NCBI GenBank assembly: GCA_965207785.1
Contig: CBDBNO010000012.1
Span: forward strand, 187,808 to 251,807
DNA length: 64,000 bases
Direction: 5' to 3'
Source of the DNA: Alphaproteobacteria bacterium
Lineage (GTDB): Bacteria > Pseudomonadota > Alphaproteobacteria > SP197
Part shown: positions 46,503-57,511 of the stretch, piece after piece
Position numbering within the stretch: the stretch's first letter is position 1
Layout of the letters: each line of letters begins with the position of its first letter
Translations under genes and position numbers: made by a program
Notes under the pieces: generated by a model
Databases searched by the model: none
The model's input: the letters and a program-made list of their open reading frames with translations, nothing else
Told to the model about the DNA's origin: nothing

Positions 46503-47456
46503 TCACCGCGGCTGGATGCCTCTCTCTTCCAACTCGGCCTTCAGTTCGGGAACGGCATCGAAGAGGTCCGCAACCAGACCGAAATCGGCCACCTGGAAGA
46601 TCGGCGCCTCCTCGTCCTTGTTGATGCAGGCGATGACCTTGCTGTCCTTCATGCCGGCCAGATGCTGGATGGCGCCCGAGATGCCGACGGCAAGATAGAG
46701 TTCCGGCGCCACCACCTTTCCGGTCTGTCCCACCTGGTAGTCGTTGGGCACGTAGCCGGCATCGACAGCGGCCCGGCTGGCGCCGACGGCCGCTCCGAGA
46801 ATGTCCGCCACCTCCTCGAGCATGGCGAAGTTGTCACCGGATTTCATGCCACGGCCGCCTGAAATGACCACGCGGGCCGTGGTCAGTTCCGGGCGTTCGC
46901 TGCCGGAAAGCGCGGCGCCCTCGAAGCTGGAGAGACCGGCATCGGCCGCACCCGCCACCGCCTCGACGGGAACCGCCGTGTCGCTCTCCTCGGCGGCGTC
47001 AAAGGCCGTCGTGCGAACCGTGACAAACACGATGTCGTCGGTCGACTGGACGGTGGCCATGGCGTTTCCGGCGTAGATCGGGCGCACGAAGGTATCGGCA
47101 GCGACCACCTCGGTGATGTCCGAGACCTGCTGCTTGTCGAGAAGCGCTGCGGCCCGCGGCATGATGTTCTTGCCGGTGGTAGTGGCCGGCGCCACGACAT
47201 GGCTGTAGTCCGGCGCCAGCCCGACGATGAGCGGGGCAACGTTCTCGGCGAGCTGCGCCTCGAGCGGCGCCTCGTCGGCAAGAAGAACCCGGGCAATGCC
47301 GGCCAAACGGGAAGCGGTTTCAGCCACCGCACCGCAGCCGCTGCCCGCCACCAGAACGGTGATGTCGCCGCCCATTTCCCGGGCGGCCGTCACGGCACTC
47401 CCGGTGGCCGCCGCAAGTTCCTGATTGTCGTGTTCCGCATAGACCAGTATCGCCAT
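46503..47456 (-). CDS. etfA: Electron transfer flavoprotein alpha subunit
   Basis: It has the EtfA FAD-binding C-terminal domain ([35 protein letters not shown]). Confidence 0.9.
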   Translation of the reverse strand: MAILVYAEHDNQELAAATGSAVTAAREMGGDITVLVAGSGCGAVAETASRLAGIARVLLADEAPLEAQLAENVAPLIVGLAPDYSHVVAPATTTGKNIMPRAAALLDKQQVSDITEVVAADTFVRPIYAGNAMATVQSTDDIVFVTVRTTAFDAAEESDTAVPVEAVAGAADAGLSSFEGAALSGSERPELTTARVVISGGRGMKSGDNFAMLEEVADILGAAVGASRAAVDAGYVPNDYQVGQTGKVVAPELYLAVGISGAIQHLAGMKDSKVIACINKDEEAPIFQVADFGLVADLFDAVPELKAELEERGIQPR

Positions 47457-47457
47457 G

Positions 47458-48207
47458 TCAGATCGCTCCGGCGTCGTTCTGCAGCTTGTCCACCAGTTCC
47501 CCGACGGAACCGACCTTGATGCCGGCCTTGCGGCGCGGCGGTTCCTCGACACTGACCACCTTCAGGCGGGGTGTCACGTCGATCCCGAGTTCGTCGGGCG
47601 TACGCTTGGCAATTTCCTTCTTGCGCGCCTTCATGATGTTGGGAAGTGACGCGTATCGCGGATCATTGAGCCTGAGGTCCACGGTGATGATGGCCGGCAG
47701 CGTCAGCATCACCGACTCGAGCCCGCCATCGACTTCGCGCACGACCTTCAGAGAACCGTTCGCAGCCTCGACCTTCGAGACGAATGTGCCCTGGGCCCAG
47801 CCCAGCAGCCCGGCGAGCATCTGACCGGTCTGGTTGGCATCGTCATCAATTGCCTGCTTGCCGAGGATGACCACATCGGGCGACTCCTCGGCAACGATAC
47901 GGGCAATCATCTTGGCCACGGCAAGCGGCTCAAGATCATCGTCGTGAACGACATGAATGGCCCGATCGGCGCCCATGGCCAACGCCGTGCGCAGGGTTTC
48001 CTGACTCTGGGTCGGTCCGAGCGAGAGAGCGATCACCTCGGTGGCGGATCCTGCCTCCTTCATGCGGATCGCCTCCTCGACGGCAATCTCGTCGAAGGGA
48101 TTCATCGACATCTTGACGTTGGCAAGATCGACTCCCGAACGGTCGGCCTTGACGCGCACTTTCACGTTGTAATCAATGACCCGTTTGACCGGGACGAGCA
48201 CTTTCAT
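47458..48207 (-). CDS. etfB: Electron transfer flavoprotein beta subunit
   Basis: [19 protein letters not shown]... and the EtfB signature are present. It lies immediately upstream of etfA. Confidence 0.9.
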   Translation of the reverse strand: MKVLVPVKRVIDYNVKVRVKADRSGVDLANVKMSMNPFDEIAVEEAIRMKEAGSATEVIALSLGPTQSQETLRTALAMGADRAIHVVHDDDLEPLAVAKMIARIVAEESPDVVILGKQAIDDDANQTGQMLAGLLGWAQGTFVSKVEAANGSLKVVREVDGGLESVMLTLPAIITVDLRLNDPRYASLPNIMKARKKEIAKRTPDELGIDVTPRLKVVSVEEPPRRKAGIKVGSVGELVDKLQNDAGAI

Positions 48208-48326
48208 GGCGTGCCTCTCCAGGCGCTTGTTGTGACAGGGATGAGCCGGAATCCGCGGCAGGATTTCGCCGGGCACACTAAGGCCGCTCGATTGCCGGAG
48301 TCAACGCAACGTCGGCGCATGCCGGC

Positions 48327-48896
48327 TCACCCGTCCCGGGTGGCGCCGGGAGCCCACAGATGATCGGCGCGGCCGTTGTCGTTGAGACGGCGCGCCATCA
48401 CGAAGAGGTGATCGGAGAGCCGGTTGGTGTACTCGAGAGCCGCCGGATTGACGGTCTCGTCGAGGGAAAGCGCGGTGATCAGGCGTTCGGCCCGGCGGAC
48501 CACCGTGCGCGCCAGGTGAAGCCATGCCGAAACATCGGATCCTCCCGGCAGGATGAATGAGGTCAGCGGCTCGAGGCTGGCGTTCATGGCATCGATTTCA
48601 CCTTCGAGACGCGCCACCTGGGCGGGAATGATGCGCAGCGCACCCGCACCGCGGCGGCCCTCCTCGGGAACGGCGAGATCGGCTCCGAGATCGAAGAGAT
48701 CGTTCTGGATACGCGCCAGCATCGCGTCGCAATCCCCGTCCGCGTGCACCCTGGCAAGGCCGATCACCGAGTTCGCCTCATCCACGGTGCCGAAGGCCTC
48801 GATCCTGAGAGCGTGCTTGGCCACCCGGCTGCCATCGCCCAGGGACGTCTCGCCCCGGTCTCCACCGCGGGTATAGATCCTGTCCAGCTTGACGAT
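48327..48896 (-). CDS. PduO-type ATP:cob(I)alamin adenosyltransferase; apparent non-canonical ATC start
   Basis: (I)VKLDRIYTRGGDRGETSLGDGSRVAKHALRIEAFGTVDEANS... matches the PduO-type N-terminus MVKLNKIYTRTGDxGxT. No in-frame ATG, GTG or TTG lies between the upstream gene stop and this motif. GGAGG sits 8 nt before the ATC at 48894..48896. Confidence 0.7.
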   Translation of the reverse strand: MVKLDRIYTRGGDRGETSLGDGSRVAKHALRIEAFGTVDEANSVIGLARVHADGDCDAMLARIQNDLFDLGADLAVPEEGRRGAGALRIIPAQVARLEGEIDAMNASLEPLTSFILPGGSDVSAWLHLARTVVRRAERLITALSLDETVNPAALEYTNRLSDHLFVMARRLNDNGRADHLWAPGATRDG

Positions 48897-48900
48897 GGTT

Positions 48901-49098
48901 CTAACCTCCCTGCATGACGAGAAACATGATGGCGAGAAGGACCAGAGCAGCCAGCTGAAATCCCACGCGAAAGCGCATCATGCGGTTGCCGTGACGCCGG
49001 TTGAACTCGCCTCCGCGGGCAAACCCGCCAATGCCGACAAAGAGAGCGATGAGGGTGAGGGCGACAAAGCCCAGAATCGCATAGCCAATCCAGTTCAT
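48901..49098 (-). CDS. Twin-transmembrane-helix small protein (66 aa)
   Basis: MNWIGYAILGFVALTLIALFVGIGGFARGG...FQLAALVLLAIMFLVMQGG has two TM helices. Confidence 0.55.
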   Translation of the reverse strand: MNWIGYAILGFVALTLIALFVGIGGFARGGEFNRRHGNRMMRFRVGFQLAALVLLAIMFLVMQGG

Positions 49099-49126
49099 GG
49101 CGTCACCTCGCGCCGTCCCGCCATGG

Positions 49127-50773
49127 TCAGTTCGCCGCGGCAAGCAGACGCCTGGCGATCACCTGCGCCTGGATTTCCGCCGCGCCTTCGAAGATGTTGA
49201 GGATACGGGCGTCGCACAGCAGCCGGCTTGCCTCGTACTCGAGGGCGTAGCCGTTGCCGCCATGGATCTGCAGGGTGTTGTCGGCCGCCGACCAGGCCAC
49301 CCGGGCGCCGAGAAGCTTGGCCATGCCCGCCTCGAGATCGCAGCGCCGGCCGGAGTCCTTGCGGCGCGCCGCGTACCAGCACAGCTGACGGGACATCATC
49401 GTCTCGACGGCCATCCATGCGAGCTTGTTGGCAACCCGCGGGAAACCGGCGATGGCGCGGCCGAACTGGTGACGCTCCAGGGCATAGGCCAGACCCGCTT
49501 CAAGAGCGGCCTGCGCCACCCCGGTGGCCCGGGCCGCGGTCTGGATGCGCGCCGATTCGAACGTCGCCATGAGTTGCTTGAACCCCTTGCCCTCTTCGCC
49601 GCCAAGCAGGTTCCCGGCCGGAACCTCGAAACGGTCGAAACCGATCTCGTACTCCTTCATGCCACGATAGCCGAGAACGCCGATCTCGCCACCCGACATG
49701 CCGGGAGAGGGAAACGGGTCGTCCTCGGTGCCACGCGGCTTTTCGGCCAGAAACATGCTCAAGCCCCGGTAACCCGGTTCGTCCCCGTCGGTGCGCGCCA
49801 GGAGAGTCATGAGATCGGCGCGGGCGGCATGGGTGATCCAGGTCTTGTTGCCGGTGACGTGGTAGCGATCGCCGTCGCGCACCGCGCGCGTGGCGAGGCT
49901 GCCGAGATCCGAGCCCGTGCCGGGTTCCGTGAAGACCGCGGTCGGGATGATGTCCCCGGAAACGATCCCCGGGAGCCATCGCTGCTGCTGTTCCGGCGTG
50001 CCGCCGGTGATGATGAGTTCGGCAGCAATCTCGGTGCGCGTGCCAAGCGAACCGACGCCGATGTAACCGCGCGAGAGTTCCTCGGTGACCACGCACATCG
50101 CCACCTTGGAAAGACCCAGACCGCCGTGCTCGGCAGGCACGGACAGACCGAAGACGCCAAGATCGGCGAGTTCCCGGAGAATCTCGAGGGGAATCAGCTC
50201 GTCGCCAAGATGCCAGGCGTGCGCCCTGGGCCTGATGCGCTCATCGGCATAGCGGCGGAACTGGTCGCGGACCATGACCAGATCGCCTTCGAGTCCGGTG
50301 TCGGCGACGCGCCCTTCGCCGAGAAGGAGGGCAAGCCGGGAAAGGCTTTCCTTCGTCGATCCGCGGTTGATCAGATCCACTACGTCTTCGGTCCACAAGG
50401 CATGGTGGTCGTCGCCGCCGACCGCAAGGTCACGCAGGCGCACGATTTCCCCCTGGCTCATGGCGATGCCGCCGGTCAGTTGGGCGAGGAACTCCTGAAA
50501 GGCGCAGTCGAGGACAAGCTGTTCCGTTTCGCCGAACCGCCCTTCCGGCTCCAGGGATTCGGCCCAGCGGAGCATCTGGCGCAGGCTCTCGACACAGGTC
50601 GCCACCCAGGCAAGGCCATGCACCGCATGCTGGCATGAATCGAGACGCCGGGAATCAATGGCGTCGCCGTCGTCAGCCACCATGCCCCTGACCCCTGCGC
50701 GGGCGGAGCCGAGAACCCGGTCGGCGGCGTCAAGGGCGCCACGGCAGCGTGAGAGAAGAGCGTTGGCGTTCAT
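49127..50773 (-). CDS. Acyl-CoA dehydrogenase family protein (long form, about 548 aa)
   Basis: The ACAD middle and C-terminal domains are present (...TEPGTGSDLGSL..., ...IHGGNGYALEY...), with an N-terminal extension. Confidence 0.8.
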   Translation of the reverse strand: MNANALLSRCRGALDAADRVLGSARAGVRGMVADDGDAIDSRRLDSCQHAVHGLAWVATCVESLRQMLRWAESLEPEGRFGETEQLVLDCAFQEFLAQLTGGIAMSQGEIVRLRDLAVGGDDHHALWTEDVVDLINRGSTKESLSRLALLLGEGRVADTGLEGDLVMVRDQFRRYADERIRPRAHAWHLGDELIPLEILRELADLGVFGLSVPAEHGGLGLSKVAMCVVTEELSRGYIGVGSLGTRTEIAAELIITGGTPEQQQRWLPGIVSGDIIPTAVFTEPGTGSDLGSLATRAVRDGDRYHVTGNKTWITHAARADLMTLLARTDGDEPGYRGLSMFLAEKPRGTEDDPFPSPGMSGGEIGVLGYRGMKEYEIGFDRFEVPAGNLLGGEEGKGFKQLMATFESARIQTAARATGVAQAALEAGLAYALERHQFGRAIAGFPRVANKLAWMAVETMMSRQLCWYAARRKDSGRRCDLEAGMAKLLGARVAWSAADNTLQIHGGNGYALEYEASRLLCDARILNIFEGAAEIQAQVIARRLLAAAN

Positions 50774-50780
50774 CCGGACC

Positions 50781-52067
50781 CTAGCCTTCGAGGACGTCCT
50801 CGAGGGTGCGCAAGCCTGGTCGCGGAGACTGCACGAGAACCGCCATGTTGCCCGGCTTGTGCTCGTTGGCGCGCATCTTCATGTGGGCGCGGGGAATGTC
50901 ATCCCACGAGAAGACTTCCGACATGCAGGGGTCGAGACGGCGTTCCAGCATCAGCCGGTTCGCCTGTGCCGCCTGCATGAGGTTGGCGAAATGGCTGCCC
51001 TGGATGCGCTTCTGGCGCATCCACACGAAGCGGGCATCGAAGGTGATGTTGTATCCGGTGGTCCCGGCGCAGAACACCACCATGCCACCGCGCTTGACGA
51101 CAAAACACGAGACCGGGAACGTCGACTCGCCCGGGTGTTCGAAGACGAAGTCGACATCGTTGCCCTTGCCGGTGAAGGACCAGATGGCCTTGCCGAACTC
51201 CCGGCACTTCTTCATGTAGGCGGCATAGGCTTCCGTGTCCGAAACCTCCGGCAGCCGCCCCCAGCAGTCGTAGTCCTTCCGGTTGATGACGCCGCGCGCA
51301 CCGAGCGACAGCACGAAGTCGGCCTTCTCATCGTCACTGATGACGCCGATGGCATTGGCGCCGGCGGTGGCGATCAACTGGACGGCATAGGATCCAAGGC
51401 CTCCCGAGGCGCCCCACACCAGGACATTGTGGCCGGGCCTGAGGATATGCGGCCGGTGACCGAACAGCATGCGGTAGGCCGTCGCCAGGGTGAGGGTATA
51501 GCAGGCCGACTCTTCCCAGGTGAGGTGGCGCGGACGGGCCATGAGCTGCTGGGCCTGGACGCGGGTGAACTGGGCAAAGCTGCCATCACCGGTCTCGTAG
51601 CCCCAGATGCGCTGGCTGGTGGAGTACATCGGATCGCCACCGTTGCATTCCTCGTCGTCGCCATCGTCCTGGTTGCAGTGGATGACGACCTCGTCACCAA
51701 CCTTCCAGCGCTTCACCCTGGAGCCGACGGCCCAGACAATTCCCGAGGCGTCGGACCCGGCAATGTGAACGTCACCCTTGTGAACGTCGAAGGGGCTGAT
51801 GGGAACGCCGAGAGAGGCCCACACACCGTTGTAGTTGACACCCGCCGCCATCACGAGAACCAGGGCCTCGTTGCTGTCGATCTCGTGCGTTGGCAGCACC
51901 TCCACCTGCATCGCCGTCGAGGGTTCGCCGTGGCGTTCGCGGCGGATCGCCCACGCATACATGTTGGCCGGAACATGTCCCAGAGGGGGGATCTCGCCAA
52001 GTTCGTAGAGATCCTTGATCGGCGCCTCGTACTCTCCGGACGGCGCATCGGCTGCCATGACCATCAT
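50781..52067 (-). CDS. ccr: Crotonyl-CoA carboxylase/reductase
   Basis: It has the Ccr-specific N-terminus KDLYELGEIPPLGHVP, the MDR fold and GASGGLGSYAVQL. It is divergent from ecm. Confidence 0.85.
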   Translation of the reverse strand: MMVMAADAPSGEYEAPIKDLYELGEIPPLGHVPANMYAWAIRRERHGEPSTAMQVEVLPTHEIDSNEALVLVMAAGVNYNGVWASLGVPISPFDVHKGDVHIAGSDASGIVWAVGSRVKRWKVGDEVVIHCNQDDGDDEECNGGDPMYSTSQRIWGYETGDGSFAQFTRVQAQQLMARPRHLTWEESACYTLTLATAYRMLFGHRPHILRPGHNVLVWGASGGLGSYAVQLIATAGANAIGVISDDEKADFVLSLGARGVINRKDYDCWGRLPEVSDTEAYAAYMKKCREFGKAIWSFTGKGNDVDFVFEHPGESTFPVSCFVVKRGGMVVFCAGTTGYNITFDARFVWMRQKRIQGSHFANLMQAAQANRLMLERRLDPCMSEVFSWDDIPRAHMKMRANEHKPGNMAVLVQSPRPGLRTLEDVLEG

Positions 52068-52222
52068 CTGCTCCTGTCGGTTTCAACACAGTCAATCCAT
52101 GTTGCATTGCAACATGTCAACGGGGAAGCGGCTGCAATCCCATTGTTTTTGGCCTGCCGGGCATTTGCAACGTTTATTGCATCGCAGCATGATTGGCCGG
52201 CGACCGTACGTGGATGGATGTC

Positions 52223-54205
52223 ATGACAAGCTCGTCCCCTCCCAGTCCCGACCGGTGCAGGGATCGTCCGTGGCTCATGCGGACCTATTCCGGCCACAGT
52301 ACGGCACGGGACTCCAACCGGCTCTATCGCACGAACCTGGAGCGCGGACAGACGGGACTGTCGGTGGCCTTTGATCTGCCGACCCAGACGGGCCACGACG
52401 CCGACGAGGCCATCGCCCGCGGCGAGGTCGGGCGGGTCGGCGTGCCGGTCTCCCATCTCGGCGACATGGAAGCGCTGTTCGACGGCATCCCTCTCGAGCG
52501 CATGAACACGTCGATGACGATCAACGCCACCGCGCCGTGGCTCTTCGCCCTCTACATCGCGCTTGCCGACCGGCGCGGTGTGGCTCGAAAGGCGCTCCAG
52601 GGGACCATCCAGAACGACATCGTCAAGGAGTACCTGTCGCGCGGCACCTACATTTTCCCGCCCGGACCTTCTCTCAGGCTGACGACGGACACGATCCTCT
52701 TCTCGGTTCGCGAAACACCCGCCTGGAACCCTGTCAATGTCTGCCCCTATCACCTGCAGGAAGCGGGAGCGACGCCGGTTCAGGAGATTGCCTTCTCGCT
52801 GGCCAACGCCATCGCCATCCTCGATGCGATCAGGGAATCGGGCGAGGTAACGGAGGAGGGCTTCGCCCGGGTCGTGGGACGCGTCAGCTTCTTCGTCAAC
52901 GCCGGCATCCGGTTCATCACGGAAATGTGCAAGATGCGGGCCTTCACCGAGCTGTGGGACGACATCACGCTCAAGCGTTACGGCATCGAGGACGCGAGGT
53001 TCCGCCGCTTCCGCTACGGCGTCCAGGTCAACTCCCTGGGACTGACGGAACAGCAGCCGGAGAACAATGTCTACCGCATTCTCCTCGAGATGCTCGCGGT
53101 GACCCTGTCAAGAAAGGCGAGGGCCCGCGCGGTCCAGTTGCCGGCATGGAACGAGGCCCTCGGTCTGCCACGGCCTTGGGACCAGCAGTGGAGCCTGCGC
53201 CTGCAGCAGATCGTCGCCATGGAAACCGACCTCCTGGAGTTCGACGACATCTTCGACGGCAACGCCGCCATCGAAGCGAAGGTCGAGGACCTGAAGCGGG
53301 CCGCCCTGGACGAACTCGATGTCATCAACAGGGCCGGTGGCGCCCTCATGGCAGTTGAATCAGGCTACATGAAACAGCGTCTGGTCGAATCGAACGCAAG
53401 GAGACTTGCCGCCATCGAATCAGGCGAAACGCCCGTCGTCGGCGTCAACGTGTTCACCGAATCGGCACCTTCGCCGCTCTCCGGCAACGAGTTCATGACT
53501 GTTTCGCTTGACGCCGAAGAGTCACAGATCGCCGGCCTGTCGGCATGGCGCGCCAGCCGCGATGACAGTGCGGCAAGCGCAGCCCTCGATGACCTGAAGG
53601 CGGCTGCCCGCGAGGGCCGCAACATCATGGAGCCCTCCATCGCCTGCGCCGGGGCGGGGGTGACAACCGGAGAGTGGGGCGGAGCCCTGCGCGAGGTCTT
53701 CGGGGGCTACCGGGCACCCACCGGACTGACGGCGGCACCTGCGGTGTCCGGCGGTGACCTTGCCACTGCCCGGCGCCACGTGGAACACGCGTCGCAGGTC
53801 CTGGGTCGCAGGCTGAAGCTCCTTGTCGGCAAGCCCGGGCTTGACGGTCACTCCAATGGCGCCGAGCAGATTGCCCTGCGCGCCCGCGACTGCGGTGTCG
53901 AGGTGGTTTATCAGGGAATCAGGCTGTCGCCCGAGCAGATCGCCTCATCCGCTCTCGAGGAGAGCGTGCACGTGGTCGGACTCTCCATTCTCTCTGGCGC
54001 CCACATCCGCCTCGTGACGGAGATCCGGCGTCTCATGGACGAGGAAGGTTGCGAGGCCGTTCCCATCGTCGTCGGCGGCATCATTCCCGATGCCGACATC
54101 CCGCTCCTGAAACATGCCGGGGTGGCACGAACCTACTCGCCACGTGACTACGACATTACGGCCATCATCCGCGACATCGCCGATATCGCCGCCGGAACAC
54201 CGTAG
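52223..54205 (+). CDS. ecm: Ethylmalonyl-CoA mutase (adenosylcobalamin-dependent, methylmalonyl-CoA mutase family)
   Basis: It has the MCM-family TIM-barrel domain and the C-terminal B12-binding domain (DGHSNGAEQIA...VVGLSILSGAH). The ccr-ecm arrangement is classic. Confidence 0.85.
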   Translation: MTSSSPPSPDRCRDRPWLMRTYSGHSTARDSNRLYRTNLERGQTGLSVAFDLPTQTGHDADEAIARGEVGRVGVPVSHLGDMEALFDGIPLERMNTSMTINATAPWLFALYIALADRRGVARKALQGTIQNDIVKEYLSRGTYIFPPGPSLRLTTDTILFSVRETPAWNPVNVCPYHLQEAGATPVQEIAFSLANAIAILDAIRESGEVTEEGFARVVGRVSFFVNAGIRFITEMCKMRAFTELWDDITLKRYGIEDARFRRFRYGVQVNSLGLTEQQPENNVYRILLEMLAVTLSRKARARAVQLPAWNEALGLPRPWDQQWSLRLQQIVAMETDLLEFDDIFDGNAAIEAKVEDLKRAALDELDVINRAGGALMAVESGYMKQRLVESNARRLAAIESGETPVVGVNVFTESAPSPLSGNEFMTVSLDAEESQIAGLSAWRASRDDSAASAALDDLKAAAREGRNIMEPSIACAGAGVTTGEWGGALREVFGGYRAPTGLTAAPAVSGGDLATARRHVEHASQVLGRRLKLLVGKPGLDGHSNGAEQIALRARDCGVEVVYQGIRLSPEQIASSALEESVHVVGLSILSGAHIRLVTEIRRLMDEEGCEAVPIVVGGIIPDADIPLLKHAGVARTYSPRDYDITAIIRDIADIAAGTP

Positions 54206-54298
54206 GGCCGGCCTTCCTTCCCCCGGGGAGATTCCGGCGGCGCCATCCCTGCCCGGCAAAGCCGCGCTTCCCCGGCGCCGGACGGGCGGGCCATCGCC

Positions 54299-57200
54299 TT
54301 ATCGGAAGTCGCGTGATTTCGGGATCGTGCGCACGTTCCGCGGATGGCGCGAGGGGAAGGCAACGGGGCCAGGCGGCGGCGCGGGTCCCTCGTCCGGCGT
54401 CAGCAGGTCGAGCCAGCCGGTCAGGTCCTCCAGCCGGTCGGCGACGAGATGGACGATGTCGCCGGCGCGCTGGATGCGTCCCCGGACCAGGACGAGGCGT
54501 GCGCCCAGCACCGCCCTGCGGAAACTCTCCAGTACCCTGGGCCAGACCACGATGTTCACGACCCCGGTTTCATCTTCCAGTGTCATGAAGATGACACCGC
54601 TGGCGCTGCCCGGGCGTTGGCGGACCAGGACGAGACCCGCGGCGGCGGTATGCTCCTTGTCGCGAGCGGCGGCGATGGCTTCGGCTGCCAGTGCACCCCG
54701 GTTTGCCAGACGCGCGCGCAGGAAGGCGAGCGGATGCGCCCGGAGTGAAAGCCTGAGTGTGCGGTAGTCCTCAATGACCTCCTCGCCAGCCGCCATGGCA
54801 GGCAGCGCGGCCGGCGCTTCTGTACCCTCGGTCGGCCCGTTTGCCGCCTCGAACAGTGGCAGCGGCTGTCCTTTCGGCAAGGCTCGAGCCTGCCAGAGGG
54901 CCTGACGCCGGTCGAGCCCCATGGAGCCGAAGGCATCGGCGGCAGCCAGCGTCTCGATGGCGGCGGCACCGATCCCGGTCTCGCGCTGCAACACGGCGAT
55001 ATCCCTCCAGGGCCTGCCGTCGCATGCCTTTATGATGCGCTCCGCATCCTCCTTGCCGAAGCCGGTGATCTGACGGAAGCCAAGCCTGAGCGCGTGGCGT
55101 CCGTCCGCCATGCGCTCCAGGTTGTTGTCCCAGCCGCTCGCATGGACATCGACCGGGAGCGCCTCGACCCCGTGTTCGCGTGCATCGCGCACGATCTGGG
55201 CGGGAGCGTAGAAGCCCATCGGCTGGGAATTGAGCAGCGCACAGGCAAAGACCTCCGGATGGTGGCACTTGAGCCAGGAGGAGACCCAGGCCAGCAGCGC
55301 AAAGCTCGCGGCATGGGACTCCGGGAAGCCGTAGTCCCCGAAGCCCTCGATCTGGCGAAAGCATCGCGCCGCGAGTTCCGGGTCGTAGCCGCGAGCGGTC
55401 ATCCGGTCCACCATCCGGTCCCGCAAGGAGCTGAGTGTGCCACGCTTGCGGAAGGTCGCCATGGCATGGCGCAACGCATTGGCCTCATCCGGCGTGAACC
55501 GGGCGGCTTCCATGGCGATGCGCATCGCCTGTTCCTGGAAGAGCGGCACGCCGAGTGTCTTCTCCAGCACCTTGCGCAACTCGTCCGGCGGCCCGTGCTC
55601 GGGCGCGGGCTCAGGATAGACCACGTTCTCCAGCCCGTCCCGCCGACGCAGAAAGGGATGCACCATGTCGCCCTGGATCGGGCCCGGCCGCACGATCGCC
55701 ACCTCGATCACCAGGTCGTAGTAGCAGCGCGGCTTCAGTCGCGGCAGCATGTTCATCTGCGCCCTGCTCTCGACCTGGAAGACGCCTATCGTGTCGGCCC
55801 GGCAGAGCATGTCATAGACTTGCTCGTCCTCCATCGGCACGGTGGGGAGCGTGAGGTCGAGGCCCTTGTGCGCAGCCAGCAGTTCGAAGGCCTTGCGGAT
55901 GCAGGTCAGCATGCCGAGGCCCAGCACATCGACCTTCATCAGGCCAAGCGCCTCGAGGTCGTCCTTGTCCCACTCGATGAAGGTGCGGTCCTTCATCCCC
56001 GCATTGCCGATGGGCACGGTCTCATCGAGGCGGTCGCGCGTCAGCACGAAGCCGCCGACATGCTGCGAGAGATGGCGGGGGAAGCCCTGCAGTTCCGTCG
56101 CGAGGGCGACGGTCCGCCGCAGCAGCGGATCGGCAGGGTCAAGTCCCGCCTCGCGGAGGCGCTGTTCGGGCACGCCCTCACGGTGCATGTCACGGACAGC
56201 GGCAGCCAGCGCCGCGGCGGTGTCTTCGGAGAGTCCCATCGCCTTGCCCACATCACGCACGGCGCTGCGGGCGCGGTAGGAGATGACGGTGGCGGCGATC
56301 CCGGCGCGTTCGCGACCATAGCGCCCGTAGATGTACTGGATCACCTCCTCGCGTCGCTCATGCTCGAAATCGATGTCGATATCGGGTGGCTCGCGGCGTT
56401 CGCGGGAGACGAACCGCTCGAACAGAAGGTCGATTTGCTCCGGATCGACGGCGGTGATGCCGAGGCAGTAGCAGACGGCCGAGTTCGCCGCCGAGCCCCG
56501 CCCCTGGCAGAGGATGCCGTTCTCCCTGGCGAAGCGCACGATGTCGTGGACGGTGAGGAAGTAGGGTGCGTAGTCCAGCTCGTCGATCAACTCGAGCTCG
56601 TGACGGAGCGCGGCGCAGACCTTCTCCGGAATGCCATCCGGATAACACCGGACCGCGCCCTTGCGGACGAGCGCCTCCAGATGACGCTGCGGCGACGAGT
56701 CGGGTGGCACCGGCTCATCGGGATATTCATAGGCGATCTCGTCGAGGCTGAAACTGCAATGGGAGACGGCCTCGAGGCTCCGCTCCACCGCCTCTTCATG
56801 ACCGCGGAAGAGGCGCGCCATCTCGATTCCATCCTTGAGGTGACGCTCGGCATTGGCGGCAAGGCGCCAGCCCGCCTGCGCCACGGTGACATGTTCGCGA
56901 ATCGCCGTCAGCACGTCCTGAAGGGGACGTCGCCCGGACCGGTGGTAATGGACGTCGTTGGTGGCCAGCAGTGGCGTGCCAGTGCGCTCCGCAAGCGCCG
57001 CCAGACGATGGAGGCGGGCGCGGTCGTCGCCTCGATGGAGCATGTGCGCGGCGAGATAGAGCGGCCCGTCATGCGCGTGGCGGAACCTGGAGAGTTCCGT
57101 CCCGAAACCCTCGACGCTGCCGTCTTCCGGGGGCAGCGCAATCAGCAGCTGCCCCTCGGCATGGGCAAGCAGATCCTCCCGGTAGAGCAGGCACTTGCCC

Positions 57201-57511
57201 TTGGTCTCACGCCGCTGACCGAGGGTAAGCAGCCGGCAGAGGCGGCCCCAGGCGGCGCGGTCGCGGGGGTAGCAGAGCAGCGAGGCGCCGTCGGCGAGGT
57301 CGAGCCGCGCGCCGGTCAGGAGTCGGATGCCGGCCCGCTTTGCCGCCACGTGGGCGCGCACCGCGCCGGCAAGCGTGTTGCGGTCGGCAATGCCGATGGC
57401 CGCGAGTCCGAGACGCGCAGCCTCCTCCACCAGTTCTTCCGCATGGGAGGCGCCGCGCAGGAAGCTGAAATTGCTGCTCGCCTGCAGTTCCGCATAAGCG
57501 GCGCCGCTCAT
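54299..57511 (-). CDS. dnaE2: Error-prone DNA polymerase (DnaE2/ImuC)
   Basis: It has a PHP domain N-terminus (FSFLRGASHAEELVEEAARLGLAAIGIADRNTLAG) and the Pol III alpha core. It lies downstream of imuA-imuB. Confidence 0.95.
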   Translation of the reverse strand: MSGAAYAELQASSNFSFLRGASHAEELVEEAARLGLAAIGIADRNTLAGAVRAHVAAKRAGIRLLTGARLDLADGASLLCYPRDRAAWGRLCRLLTLGQRRETKGKCLLYREDLLAHAEGQLLIALPPEDGSVEGFGTELSRFRHAHDGPLYLAAHMLHRGDDRARLHRLAALAERTGTPLLATNDVHYHRSGRRPLQDVLTAIREHVTVAQAGWRLAANAERHLKDGIEMARLFRGHEEAVERSLEAVSHCSFSLDEIAYEYPDEPVPPDSSPQRHLEALVRKGAVRCYPDGIPEKVCAALRHELELIDELDYAPYFLTVHDIVRFARENGILCQGRGSAANSAVCYCLGITAVDPEQIDLLFERFVSRERREPPDIDIDFEHERREEVIQYIYGRYGRERAGIAATVISYRARSAVRDVGKAMGLSEDTAAALAAAVRDMHREGVPEQRLREAGLDPADPLLRRTVALATELQGFPRHLSQHVGGFVLTRDRLDETVPIGNAGMKDRTFIEWDKDDLEALGLMKVDVLGLGMLTCIRKAFELLAAHKGLDLTLPTVPMEDEQVYDMLCRADTIGVFQVESRAQMNMLPRLKPRCYYDLVIEVAIVRPGPIQGDMVHPFLRRRDGLENVVYPEPAPEHGPPDELRKVLEKTLGVPLFQEQAMRIAMEAARFTPDEANALRHAMATFRKRGTLSSLRDRMVDRMTARGYDPELAARCFRQIEGFGDYGFPESHAASFALLAWVSSWLKCHHPEVFACALLNSQPMGFYAPAQIVRDAREHGVEALPVDVHASGWDNNLERMADGRHALRLGFRQITGFGKEDAERIIKACDGRPWRDIAVLQRETGIGAAAIETLAAADAFGSMGLDRRQALWQARALPKGQPLPLFEAANGPTEGTEAPAALPAMAAGEEVIEDYRTLRLSLRAHPLAFLRARLANRGALAAEAIAAARDKEHTAAAGLVLVRQRPGSASGVIFMTLEDETGVVNIVVWPRVLESFRRAVLGARLVLVRGRIQRAGDIVHLVADRLEDLTGWLDLLTPDEGPAPPPGPVAFPSRHPRNVRTIPKSRDFR

